The notes under the pieces: generated by a model
Seen by the model: only the letters and a program-made list of their open reading frames with translations
Told to the model about the DNA's origin: nothing
Databases searched by the model: none
Made by a program: the position numbers and the translations under genes
NCBI GenBank assembly: GCA_964035545.1
Contig: OZ037770.1
Location: 13,816,642 to 13,880,641 of the forward strand
Direction of reading: 5' to 3'
From: Bugula neritina
Lineage: Eukaryota > Animalia > Bryozoa
DNA: 64,000 bases
In this document: positions 10,868-23,427 of the stretch, one piece after another
Layout: each line of letters starts with the position of its first letter
Numbering within the stretch: position 1 is the stretch's first letter

Positions 10868-13800
10868 CTAATTAGTCGCCCATTCGTGCCACCTGCTGCG
10901 GCATGTCGTAGCAGTGTTCACCATGTACCAATGGTTACATCGACAAATGTCAAGGTCAAAAACTGTGCCGGCCGGACATATCCACCTTGCCAAGGCGGCA
11001 TGCTGACCTCCAAGGTTGTAGGTTCTGTAGGCATCAATACAGAAAGTGTCTGGTCTGATGTAGTAAGTGAAATCTACAGAAAAATGACGAAATTCTTTAG
11101 AGAACATAATCTCTTCTGCAATATTTCTAATCTAGAACACAAGTTTTTCTCAACCAGTTCACTACTCACATCACCGAGTTTTGCTAGAAATCTTCCTTTG
11201 AGAAAAAGCTACATGCTACTATCTACATAAAAAACTCACTTACACAAGTATACAGTCACCATCCCTGTAAGAAAACCCTTGATGGAAAGTGTTTTTTGTT
11301 AAATGGGGCTAAGGACTTATTCAGATGTGGCGCAGGAGCTTTCCCTAACATCACCAATGGCCTTTGCTAAGGTTTGAACTCATGATTTTGTGCTTATTAG
11401 ACTAGACCATGGCTGCTCCCTAAGCTATAACAAGCTACATAGCTCTGAACTAATTAAAAGGTGGAGGACAGATGATGAGAGATTATCTACAGCTACTCAC
11501 CATCTGAACTGATGCATGTCAACGAACTCAACATCACTGGGATGTTTTCAGCAATATCAGTTGGCTGCTGTACTGGCTGGATTCCAAAACAATTCCCAAA
11601 ACAGTTTCCATCTTCGTCAGTACTGGCGCCTTGGTTTTCTACAATGTAAGTAGACTTAAGTGAGGTTAGGTTTATACTACAGCCCTATTTCAAAACTACT
11701 TCATATTAGAACTTAAGCTACAGTGTCTCCCGCTAGTTGCTCACACCTTGAATCATTTATACTGACGTATTTTATTTTATTAACAGAAACATTTCAATAG
11801 ACCAAGTTCTTTCACTATCTTTTGAATTTTAGTTTAAGGCCTAGGTTGAGATTCTCGCTATAACAAAAACTTCTTTGCTACATTTTTCATCTATTATAAT
11901 ACAGGTGTTTTCCTAACTCCTCCATTATTGCGCCTGCTCTGTATATTCCAATTATTTTTTTAAATAAAAGTGTGATTTTTTGCTTAATTAGAAATTTGAG
12001 TTCAGAATAAATGAATTTCGGACAGAAACAGTTTCTCATGCTACAGTTGCTGCTAATGTCCCGATTATAACGCCAAAACAGTATTTTACACTTATTTATT
12101 CAGAATTTGTGTTTTAAATATAAAACATTCAGCAACTTACCATTTTCTAAGCCATTGCCCTCTGTTCTATCGAAACAGTTACCAACGCAGTTACCTTTGT
12201 TGTTTCCGTTACCTGTAAAATATAACCCAAAATCATAGCATATGACTCATCATGACACTCGTATGCACTGAATTAATCATTAGTATTCCGTTACGTCACG
12301 CTGAACGCTAGAACGCACTCAACATATGCACTCCTACAAGTACAGTGTGATTTATAGTTGTCAACATCGCTTACCGCTAGTGTTGACATTTGCATTTCCG
12401 TTTGCATTTCCATCTGTGTTGTGAAAACAGTTGCCTTCGCAATTGCCATTATTATTGCCATTACCTAAAAGGAAAGTGTTATGTTGTTAACAATAAAATA
12501 AAACAAGAGTGCAAAGTTCTATAGATGTATATAAATTATATATAAATCTAGTTTTTGGTAGTATTTTCAACTGACAAATTTCAAGCATTCAGTAAAAAGA
12601 AGTTGAGCTATAAAATACTCTTGATAAGAATAACTGGTTAAATTACAAAGAGCATTTAATTACAGTATTAGACATTAAAAATAAAGTTTAAAATGTAAAT
12701 TTTGTTCTACACAAAGTTAAAATTTAGTTTGATAAGATGTTTTAGACATACTTGAGCTGTTGGTGTTTTCATTGCCATTGCCATTTCCACTCTCGTTCCC
12801 CACACAGTTTCCTTTGCAGTTGCCATTGTTGTTTCCATTCTCTGTAAAGTAGCAAAATTTTTTCAAACTAATGAAATCATTATTCATTGCAGTAAGGCGT
12901 CAATACCACATTTCCTTATCAAAGTATATGATTGTAAAACTGTCATAATATGTCTAAATATACTAGCAAAGTCAACGTATTAAATCATTTAAAATGAACA
13001 TGTAAACAATTATATTTTATAAATGTATCAGAAAATGGAATAGCTACTTTTACTGTTTACCAGGGAAGATAATAAAGTTACTATAAAACATTTGTTGTTC
13101 AAGAACGTAAGTGTGCGCTACCTTCAAGTCTACCAACAATAATGTTATTATAATATAACATATAATAAAAAACACATCATATTTAGTGTCTTTCTATAAT
13201 TTCTTCTATTGCATAACATTATCTAATATTATATTATATATAGTATTAACAATATACTATATAAACAGCTTTCAAATTTTTACTACTAAAGTTAGATAGT
13301 GGCCATTTTGTACACTGATAGCCTAGATTAATACATCCTACAACATCTCTCTACTTACCATCTCCAGTGTTGACGTTCCCATTTCCATTACCACTTTTGT
13401 TGTCTGCACAATTTCCATCGCAATTGCCATTTAAGTTTCCATTGTCTAAATTAGAATTTGTGTTATTTTAGTACATTTCATGCGATTGTGTAGCGATGAG
13501 CATATTCACAATAATATTGCAGAATAAGTGTAGAGCAGTTGCACATTATAGTATTTTAGAAGCACTTGTAGAATGATTCTAGAATAGTTATGGAAATAAT
13601 TTAGATTATTTATATAGTGGCTTATAGACAGCTTTAGAATAACCTGAGTAGATTGTAGATTGTCTTACCTGAGCCATTGTTGAAGTTGCCATTGTAATTC
13701 CCGCTGCCTCCGCTGACATCAGTCTGTCTTTTTACGATATGCGCTGCCAGACAGTTTGACAGCATCACAGCCCTGTGTAAATGAGGTCATTATATTATAT

Positions 13801-14481
13801 CATAATATAATATTATATTATATTATAATAATACAATGCAATGTCTTGTGATATAGTTACTATAGTAGTATGAGTATTATTATTAGTATATTAGTGTATT
13901 ATAATAATAGTTATACTATCATTATAATATAGTGTGATGCAACACAATAGATAATATAGTATAATATATAATACTTCAACACAATAACAATAGATAACAG
14001 TATCAGTATAATAAAATATGCGATATACATAGTAAATTGTATTAACACAGAACACAATATCTACTATTTGAATTCTAGCATATAAATGTAATAACATATC
14101 ATAGTGTAATATAGTATTAGTATACTATAGTATAATGTAATATATATATGTAAATATGCCATATTGTATTTTCGTATCTTGAATTAAGCATTATCAGCTT
14201 ACTATATTCTGCTTTACATAATTTAATCTTGCATATCAAACATGGCTAATTGGTTAAGGGTTGAAGTTTTTAAAAACCGTTCACCAACCTATTAAATAAC
14301 ACCCGTTGACTTACACTCAGTTACTTACACTACAGTTACTTACACTATGGTTACTTACACTCAGTTACTTACACTACAGTTACTTACACTATGGTTACTT
14401 ACACTACAGTTACTTACACTACAGTTAATTACACTCAGATACTTACATTAAAATACTGCAGGTTACAATAGCAAGTCTCAT
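10868..14481 (-). CDS. Paralog A: secreted Gly/Asn/Cys-repeat protein with C-terminal CBM14-like chitin-binding domain, 8 exons, ~273 aa
   Basis: Exons 14481-14447, 13772-13669, 13445-13359, 12841-12752, 12464-12375, 12212-12141, 11638-11501, 11073-10868 total 822 nt, all GT-AG and in frame: MRLAIVTCSILMAVMLSNCLAAHIVKRQTDVSGGSGNYNGNFNNGS-DNGNLNGNCDGNCADNKSGNGNGNVNTGD-ENGNNNGNCKGNCVGNESGNGNGNENTNSS-SNGNNNGNCEGNCFHNTDGNANGNANVNTS-GNGNNKGNCVGNCFDRTEGNGLEN-ENQGASTDEDGNCFGNCFGIQPVQQPTDIAENIPVMLSSLTCISSD-DFTYYIRPDTFCIDAYRTYNLGGQHAALARWICPAGTVFDLDICRCNHWYMVNTATTCRSRWHEWATN*. Confidence 0.9.
11320..11420 (-). mobile_element. tRNA-derived SINE-like element, family 1 (last intron of paralog A)
   Basis: Reverse complement GGGAGCAGCCATGGTCTAG...GAGTTCAAACCTTAGCAAAGGCCATTGGTGATGTTAGGGAAAGC closely matches 2621-2720. 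Confidence 0.65.
14309..14446 (-). repeat. ~14-15-bp tandem repeat containing GTAAGT, abutting the intron-1 donor of paralog A
   Basis: Plus strand (ACTTACACTACAGTT)n, about 9 copies; the minus-strand unit carries GTAAGTA. Confidence 0.85.
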
Positions 14482-14530
14482 TTTGGAGTATTCCGAACAG
14501 TCAGCTTTCTGAGTGGCAAGATTGTAATAC

Positions 14531-14563
14531 AACTGAACTACTTCTATTCAGTCTCCATTTATA
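14531..14563 (-). promoter_or_regulatory. TATA box + Inr of paralog A
   Basis: Minus strand TATAAAT (14563-14557) with TCAGTT (14536-14531) ~30 nt downstream, ~50 nt before the ATG. Confidence 0.65.
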
Positions 14564-17500
14564 TTAATATTAAAGAATCATTAAATTAATTTGTGACGAT
14601 ATTAATTTTTTAACCCAAGTTCTTTCAATCATGTGCTATAATTTGGTAGGGTGGACCTACTACTCTTCCTTTATAATAAAGTATAATCTCTTTCATGGAA
14701 TAAATCATTTCAGGAAGGTCTTTGCATGGATCGTTGCACACGCAATGATTACTTGGAAAACATTTATAGCTTCTTTTTTACCACCAGCTTATATCTATTG
14801 GGATGAGGTAGTTTACACCCCAACTTATCTTGATTGATGAATGCGCAGTTTACAGGCTAATCATTGACTCAACGCTTCGCCTCGGATGTTCCATATAGGG
14901 TAGGTTGATACCGAAATAATGTAGTTATTCATCATCACAAACTATTTTGGCCTGCACGTCAACTTTGGTCTTAAGTTGTGTGATTTACAGCATTAACAGC
15001 GTAGACTCTGGCTTAATGAAATACATGTTATACATTGGTGATGGCAAAATAGTAGAAAGCTAGAAAATTGCCATAAACTACTACCAGATGGAGTTTGTTC
15101 CTCCATTAATTCTTTTGTACACATATTAATTTAGAAAAGTTAGGAATGTGGTGGGATACATGCATTAAACTAATTTTATTGTAAAATCAATTTATACATG
15201 AAAATATCCTTTCAAAGTTAAGCAGCAAAGAATTACAATGTTTAATACAAATAATTTTATTTTTTCATCAAGTTAGTACAGTACGTGTTTTATTATAATA
15301 CTAGATATGTATTGCAGGAGATGTTACTGGATGCTTTACTGTAGGCGGTATACCTCAACATATAAATTATATTCTTTCTGTAACAATAATTCAAAAATAT
15401 GTCCGGAGGAAAAAACTAGAATAAATTCAAATATATATTTATATTTGTTTAAAACGCTAGAACTATTATAAAATGCCTTATGTGGCTAATAGAACTTGCA
15501 AATTAATTTCCATTTTGGTGCGTCAGAGTGAATTGGAGGCCCTGATCAAAGCTACTAATAATGTATAAATACTGCTCAATCATAAAGTTGATACAAATTA
15601 TTGTAGGCTTTTCAATTACTCACATTGACTTCATTAGAAACACCCACATTATTAATTTCTGATGAATTTATTTATAGTCATTTACAGTTTATATTTAATT
15701 GCCCAGATTATTACACATTTTGTTCAAAGTTCATTAGCTATTTGTATGCAGTGATAGCCACTGATGGCTATAAAGTATATAAATAGCACTGTGTAATATA
15801 TGCATGACGCAATTAAATTTAGGCTCTTAATATGCTGGGTTGTCTAAATTATAGTTATTACAATTCAGCAACAGCCTATTTCCTCATGCAGAAGTAGTGC
15901 TTTGTGATAACTAGGAACACTTATTGACACTAAGCTACGTTGAACGAGATTTTAAAAATGATTTGTTACCTTAAAATTAGGAGGCTCTTTTGTTCAATAA
16001 TTAAAAATTGTGAAATTTTTAACAGCAATTTTAATGGTAAACTTCATGGTCACTTTTTTTAATGAAAAACGTAAACTTTAGTAATTACAACTACTTTAAG
16101 CACATCACACGCCCATTAGAGCTTTCAAAATGATCAATCAATTATCTTATGAGAATTAATGAGTTGAATTGAATGGTTATATCTGTTATATGATCTTTTC
16201 AACCAGGTTACTTATCAACTAGGCAAATACATGAAAACACTTGATATTGAAAACATGGATATTAAATGCAACTTCAAACCTGCTTGTTTTAAAATACTTT
16301 CAATAAACTTATTATAAAAAATATTATGTAAATAATAAAAACGCCATGTTTGCCAAAAGCAATTTTGGCTCTGTAATTATATACCTGGTTGAAACTTTTG
16401 CCAGAAAGCACAGGTACTCTCAAGTCTCAAAAACAGATGTGTGCTGCCAGCTTCTTAGAAGAGAAATAAAGTTAGGAGCATAAATCCTTCACCCAATGCA
16501 TTTGCTATACAATGGCACCAAAATTGTTGAGTTTTAGCAATCAGACACAATCTATTTCGACTTTAACATGATTTGTGTCTATTTGCTTAGAGTTTCTTTT
16601 TACAAAGAGATTTCTAAAAAATCTTAAATTAGCAGTTTGAATCACTATTAATTTGAAAAGTTATTAACAATTAATAAATAACACTAGCCAGCTACGCCCT
16701 GCTACTGGTAAAAGATTTCCTGGTTTTGTGCTAATTTGCTGCACAACTTATATAATCGACTTCCATAGAATTCAAACTTAAACCTGAGGCGTGTAGTGAA
16801 ACAGTTAATGATAATGACTGCTAATTACCATATCTCAGTGATTTTCAAGTAGCAATATAATGGAAAATTGAAAAACAGGTGCTGAGTGCAAGGAACTGTG
16901 AAATTTTAGCAAAAAATTAAGTTGTTGGACAATTTTTCAAAATACTTTTAAAATAAACATTTTTCAATTGTTCTGCACATAATAGTTTTATATTTCAATA
17001 ATGTTATAAGTACTAAGTACTAAGCACCAGGAGCCAGGGAAGCAAAATCAAGTATTTTTGAATAAGTAAAAATCAGCCACTTCACAATTTGGCAATGACA
17101 ATCAAACCATTTGTTTCCAGAATTATCTTATATATACATGACTCATGTGTGGATTCACTAAGAAACCCGAGTATCTTGGCATAGCCTGTGGTCAGATGTT
17201 TCTCTCGCACCAGCTACTCTGACATCACACTGCAGGCTATGATTCTCACTCAGGTTTAAAAAAAGTTACAAAGTCATAAAGAGTGCTTCACCCCCTTCCC
17301 CCTTTCCCCTCCGCCACTTGCATAGTCTATATACAGTTATGGTAGTCTAATTTAAAGCCTTTACAGTGAAAATTGATTAATAAGTTATAAAAAACTGTTT
17401 TTGTAGACCAAGTTCTGAATATTGATATTTTTGTAAAATATAATTGTAATAAAAAATGAAAAAAAAATCAAGTAGAGCTATCATGTCTAACTGTTCAGGA

Positions 17501-19243
17501 TGAGTAGCAAGCTATTGCTATTGCGACAAAGAATGATTAAACTTTTTAGATCACTTCCTTGATCTCTCTCTCACTATGTACAGAGCAAGCTTGGCTCTTG
17601 CAGTGAAATAACCTTCTAAATTATAAATAGGGAAGTTGTTGGCTATTATGTATGTCTTCAAATGTATTCTAGTTTTGTGTCAAGTTAAGTTTTTTACTAC
17701 CATTTCTTTTGGATAAATTTAAAGCAGATGCGTACAGCTTAAAAATTAGCATAAATGCTGTGTGGGCCTGAGTTGATATGTTACAATCACTCTGGTGATC
17801 ATAACTCAGTGTCCATCATCAGGATATACGGTGTCTATCCATAGAAACATGACGAAATATTTGCGACTCCAGTAGTTTTGGCGTAGCCCTATTTCTTAGG
17901 TTACATTATCAAGTTTCAGAGGGGCACTCTATCTACCCTACCAATTCTAAGAATCGACCACAGGGCACTTTCTGGAACTGTCAGGTTTCACGTAAACAGA
18001 TATTGACTGATTTTCTGTGTTGATTCACTAAGGCTGGGGTGAATGTACAGACACCAAGCTTGTACAAGGATTAATGGGTGCAGGTATGCACCCAGCTCTC
18101 AATAATGTAATATGAGTAGAAGGTTGAACATTTGTCACTTCGTATATGGTTGTACCTCGGCGCCAATTTATGTTTTCACTTATTAGTACTTTCCACTGTT
18201 CGGAGTGTTACAATATTTCATGCACACACTAATGACTATTGTTATTTTCACTATATATAATATTCTAATAACATGCAGGTACTAAATGCATAAATCCTAA
18301 TGTTTTTATGTAAATAGATATATGTTGTTTAGGGTGAGGTTTGAATTTAAAGCACATTATTGTGTTTCAAAAGTAGACAACTCCAAAAATCACTAGATCT
18401 AGGCCTATATGGACTAAGTTCTGCTTGTACCTACTTTTAAACATAATTCACAAGAATGTAATTGAAATGCTAACTGTTAAGTTTTTTTAACAGCTTAAAG
18501 CAACTTTTTACGTCAATATAGTTAATAGCTAAAAGTCATGGCATTTAACTTTTATAACTTACTAGCTACAGTTTAGGCATGAGTTACGGAAAACTATTTC
18601 CACTTCAAGTTTAATTGTAATTGCTTAACAAGTACGTAATATACCGCCAATATTATATTAGATTATATTATATCATATTATATTATATTATATCATATTA
18701 TATCATATTATATGTGTATAGGCCTATATATATTTTTATATAAGTTTCTTTTGTAACTAAAATATTTCGCTTTGAAATACATAAATTGTTTATTTGCATA
18801 AATATTTTACCAATGTTAACATAATAAAAAATAAACTGTCACTTGGAATCATTTTATTAAACACACTAGCTATTGAAGTATATAATAAATCAAGTATGAT
18901 TATAACGTAAAATTAATTACACTAAGGGATTTAAAAAACTTTGCAATATATATTGTTTTTAACAAGCAATCTAAGTTATACACAAAGTTTACACACAGTT
19001 AAATTTTTGAAACCACTATCACATATTGCTGCGAAAACAAAAGCTATGTATTATGTGCAATGAAGTTGAACAAATCTATTTTTATTAAATGTTTATAATA
19101 TAATAAAGTTTTTGTATTGCATACAATGAAAATCTGTATGTCGTAATATCATTATAGGTTGATAGTCATGAGCTGATTGCTTAGATAATAAGTCTGGTTG
19201 GGGGTACAAAATGCATTCGGGGTTGTCTTCCCTTTTGACATGC

Positions 19244-22200
19244 TCAAATAGCCCAAGAGAACCAGTGACTCTGACACGTGTCCAACACATCTATGAAGTA
19301 CCAGTGATTACAGCTACACAGGTCAAGGTCAAATGCTGTACCTGAAGGACAGCTGAACTTGCGAAGTCGTCTTTTGCCGCCTTTTCGGTTGTTGACCCTG
19401 TGCACTTCGAGACAGCTTGAGTGAGGCGTGACGTAGTATGTGAAATCTAAAAATAGATTAGAAAGTAACTTCAACACTCAATGCTTTTCCCACACTGCAT
19501 TGTTTTAGGGTTTCCTTTACTAATAGTAGTTGACTTAGAAAAAAAAATGAATGAAAACAATATTGTAAATTATTGTTGCAGGCAGCTTGCATTTTATGTT
19601 TTAATAGACTTTGCAACATATAACACATCATTATAGTAATACTATTTTGTATACTATTATTGCTTATAGTAATATAGCCCTATATTGCACTTAGTTCTAA
19701 AAGCAGAAGCAAGACAGATTTGAATGACTGCACCGCCAAGGGTGTTAAACTCCCACATTATTTAATCAAAACTAACAGCACACTATCACCTACATAGTAC
19801 ATATTATTACAAATATGTATTTTTCTAGAGAGATTTGTAGTAATTTCTAAATTTGTAGAATATATTGCAAATTATAGTTATTCACAGCACTATATATATT
19901 ATACTATTATATTGCCCTATACCATATTTAATTACACGACCTCTATATTATATATCATTTTATATATATTACTTGATATTATATTTTATTACATTCTTTT
20001 ATACTATCATAATTTATTATATTATATTATACTATGTTATATTGCATTATATTTTACTATACTATATGAAATTTTGTTATAATATAATCTACAATATTAT
20101 AATATATTTTAAATTATATTATATTACTCATACCTGTAGAACTGACACACTTTAGCCGTGAATCCAACACAGGATACCGAGGGTTATACCCGGGCTGGGT
20201 CTGTATAGGCTGAGTACCAAAACAGTTACCAAAACAGTTGGAACTTCCAGGTTGAAGGGAGGTTGAGTCGGCTGCAAACAAACAACTCGAGATTAGGACT
20301 GATGCATTATAAAATAATGTTTATCATAATTTCAAATATATGCCGTAGAGATATTAAGGTTTTATATGCAAGCAGATTGTAAGATGAAGTGGAGAGCTCC
20401 AAAAATACAACATTTTTAGTCTTCTAGTAAAATTAATCTTTTAAAAAGCCCTAAAAATAAAAATTATTTTTGCAAATTCAACAACCTGCATTAAATTTAT
20501 GTGAGTCATTGGAAAACATATACAGAACACTTATTTATGCTTACACTACCACACTTAGACTATACTTACACTACCACACTTACACCACACTTACACTATA
20601 CCAAATTTACACTATTTAGTATTTACACTAAACTCTACACACTCTACTTACACTACAATTATATTACACGTACACTACACCTACTCTATACTTACTCTAC
20701 ACTTGCTCTATACTTACTCTACACTTACACTACACTTACCATTTCCAAGTAGGTTTCCCATAATTCTGTGAAAGCAGTTTCCTCGACAATTTCCATTGTT
20801 ATTCCCCCGTCCTGCAAAATAATTACATCCTGAGGAGTTGCTTCATCGTGTTTGATCTTTAATAAAAATATTTAAAGGACTTTGTTTTATCAACAAAAAA
20901 ACTTATTTAAAAATTTCAATATTATTTGTGCATTATGTGATGTTAAAAGTATAACATACCTTCTAATTTGCTGTTTTCATTCCCATTAAAATTTCCAGCT
21001 ACATTGTGGAAACAATTCCCGACGCAATTGCCACTATTGTTACCATTTCCTGTAAGCAAGCAATAGTAACTCTGAAAGTTATATGAAATTTTGGAATCAT
21101 AATAATTTTAATCAATTGATTAATTCGACTCAGTATTATAATATTGTGAGTAATTAAAATTCTAAAATAATAATTGCTAACTAATAGACTTGTGAGATGT
21201 GGTCTAGACACAAATTAGCTATTGTTGAAACTCACCATCATTCTGATTAGCATTACCATTGTGGTTGCCACTTCTGTTTCCAACGCAATTGCCTTTGCAG
21301 TTGCCGTTTTTATTTCCATTTCCTATGAAATTAAAAAAGTTCTTTGCATGAAAACATGACTTCCAGTTTAAAATATTTTTTGCAATGTCAAAATATAAAT
21401 GTCTACTTATCACTTACGAAGTTATTAATAAATTTATTGTGATAATTGGCCAAGATATGCTCTTTTACATGCAAGTATGGGAAATTCTAGTTTTTATATA
21501 AGCAATACAAATCTTGTTAAAATTGCTATATATATGTATATATATAGTGGGTTAATTTGGAAAAAAACTTTATATAAAACTATACGTATTGTAAATATGC
21601 ACATAATATTATAATAAATATATTGTATAATATGTACACAGTATACATATGCACAATAAAATTAATTACAATTGCACTCAAATTTTACCGGCCATTGTTT
21701 ATTAGTTTATTGAAACAAAGAATAATTCTGAATATACTTTGCACCAAAAATAGCCTGTAACTAATCAGCAAATTCTGTATTACAAGTGGTGCCCTTACCG
21801 TTCCCGCTATTCCAGTTGCCATTGCCATTTCCCAAAAAGTTCTTAGCGCAGTTTCCAATACAGTTGCCATTCTGATTACCATTTACTGTAGGAATAAAAC
21901 AGAGAACCTGCTGCACATGTATATGGATAATATAGAGAACCTGTTGCACATATGTTTTGATAATATGAACTAGAAACTTCATGGCTGGTTAAAACTAACG
22001 AAATACATTTACTATGGTTATTTTCATTCTCAACATAACACAATTTCTAACAAAACATAAAACTTTCAGTTTTCCTTTTTTGAACGTGCAAATGTTCAAA
22101 AGTTGTGATTGAATAAATCTAGCATAAATAATTATAAGGAAAGACAGCAGATGATCTCTTGTTGGTAAAGAATTTGTTAGCTTCTATGATTTTTCATTTT

Positions 22201-23323
22201 CTATAAGTTAAGACTTTTGAAAAAAGCTTCTCGGTGGAATATATTTTGAAAAAAAGAAATGGTCTTTTAGCAAAGAAAGCATAAAACTAACAAAAAGTGC
22301 AAAAGCTGGTATATGCTCTTTCTTTTCAGTAATTGACTATATGCACACAATTGTTCAATATACAGTAGAAATAGAATAGTTGAGGTAAATTACAACTTTT
22401 CGAGGCATCAAATTATTGAAACTTTGAAAATGAGAAAAACCGGCCAATATAGTGCTCAGCACTTTATTATATTTTCTATAAAAAAGAGTATTTTTGTCAC
22501 AGTTTCAGGTTTTACTAAGCCTAAAAAATCTGATTTTCAGCATGTAATAAAGCTACATGTGAAAGACAATCAGGTTCAAAAAGAACGTAATTAACCTTAG
22601 ATATATAATATTATCATGTATAATATATAATATAATATTATCATATATTATATATATTATATATAATATATAATACACTCCAAACACGCTTTAACCATTA
22701 TTACTATTTGGAGTTCTTTTCTTTAGTAAATATATTTTGATCAATAATATGAAAGAATTAAAAATTAAAAGTTTATAAAAATGTAAATAAAATATTGATA
22801 GATCACCATTTGTATGTATTGTGCATAATATGCATGTAAAGTGTAAATATATAATACTAAACTAAAAAAAATATGCATGCAAAAAACATATTACTTACCA
22901 CTGCCATTGTTCTGGTTGCCATTGAAGTTTCCTCTACTCTCAATTTTCTGCAGCAAAAGGTTTCCTTCAGTTGTGACAGCAAACATCCTGGATAACACAA
23001 AACATAGGCAGTGGATAATAGGCAATGTCATCATATATATAATAAATAATTATTAATTGCAATAGACAACAATCTTTTGACACAATATAGTTGATGAAGA
23101 AATTGAAGCAAAGCAACTCAATTTTTATATTACTGGTTTTGATCAGTTTTATTTACCAACTCCAACCCTTTGCCTCACTATACTATGCATTTATTCTATT
23201 TTGCATCTAAAAACACAGCATTTAAAATGCTTATATTTTAAAAAAATTATAAACAAAATAGACTATAACTTACATATACAAGATGAAGGGTAGAGTTAGT
23301 TGGACTCCCTTGCGGTATGCCAT
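19244..23323 (-). CDS. Paralog B: secreted Gly/Asn/Cys-repeat CBM14-like protein, 8 exons, ~271 aa
   Basis: Exons 23323-23274, 22987-22899, 21885-21799, 21322-21236, 21049-20960, 20811-20740, 20271-20134, 19446-19244 total 816 nt: MAYRKGVQLTLPFILYMMFAVTTEGNLLLQKIESRGNFNGNQNNGS-VNGNQNGNCIGNCAKNFLGNGNGNWNSGN-GNGNKNGNCKGNCVGNRSGNHNGNANQND-GNGNNSGNCVGNCFHNVAGNFNGNENSKLE-GRGNNNGNCRGNCFHRIMGNLLGN-ADSTSLQPGSSNCFGNCFGTQPIQTQPGYNPRYPVLDSRLKCVSST-DFTYYVTPHSSCLEVHRVNNRKGGKRRLRKFSCPSGTAFDLDLCSCNHWYFIDVLDTCQSHWFSWAI*. Confidence 0.9.
20540..20739 (-). repeat. Degenerate ~11-bp repeat (GTAAGTGTAGT-like) starting at the exon-6 donor of paralog B
   Basis: Minus strand reads ...GGAAATG|gtaagtgtagtgtaagtgtagagtaagtatagag... 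Confidence 0.75.
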
Positions 23324-23427
23324 GGTTCCAAGTTATGTTCCGGAATAAGGAGATGACTTTCTGGTCAAATGATTATTTTCAAATTTACTTTCCGTATAAA
23401 CTGCTACTTAATGAGTTCTGAAAAGCT

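Noticed and set aside
10805-10892. Alternative extra terminal exon for paralog A (AG|GTGGCA ... ttttag|ATGCCCAAAC)
   Set aside because: Read-through to the stop at 10868 gives a C-terminus matching B, C and D in length and character (WHEWATN versus WFSWAI).
13790-14160. Tyr/Ile-rich ORFs in AT-rich tracts (also 19865-20155, 39707-39982, 53093-53278, 58419-58694)
   Set aside because: Low-complexity (TATTA)n/(AAT)n intronic or intergenic sequence with no splice-consistent coding signal.
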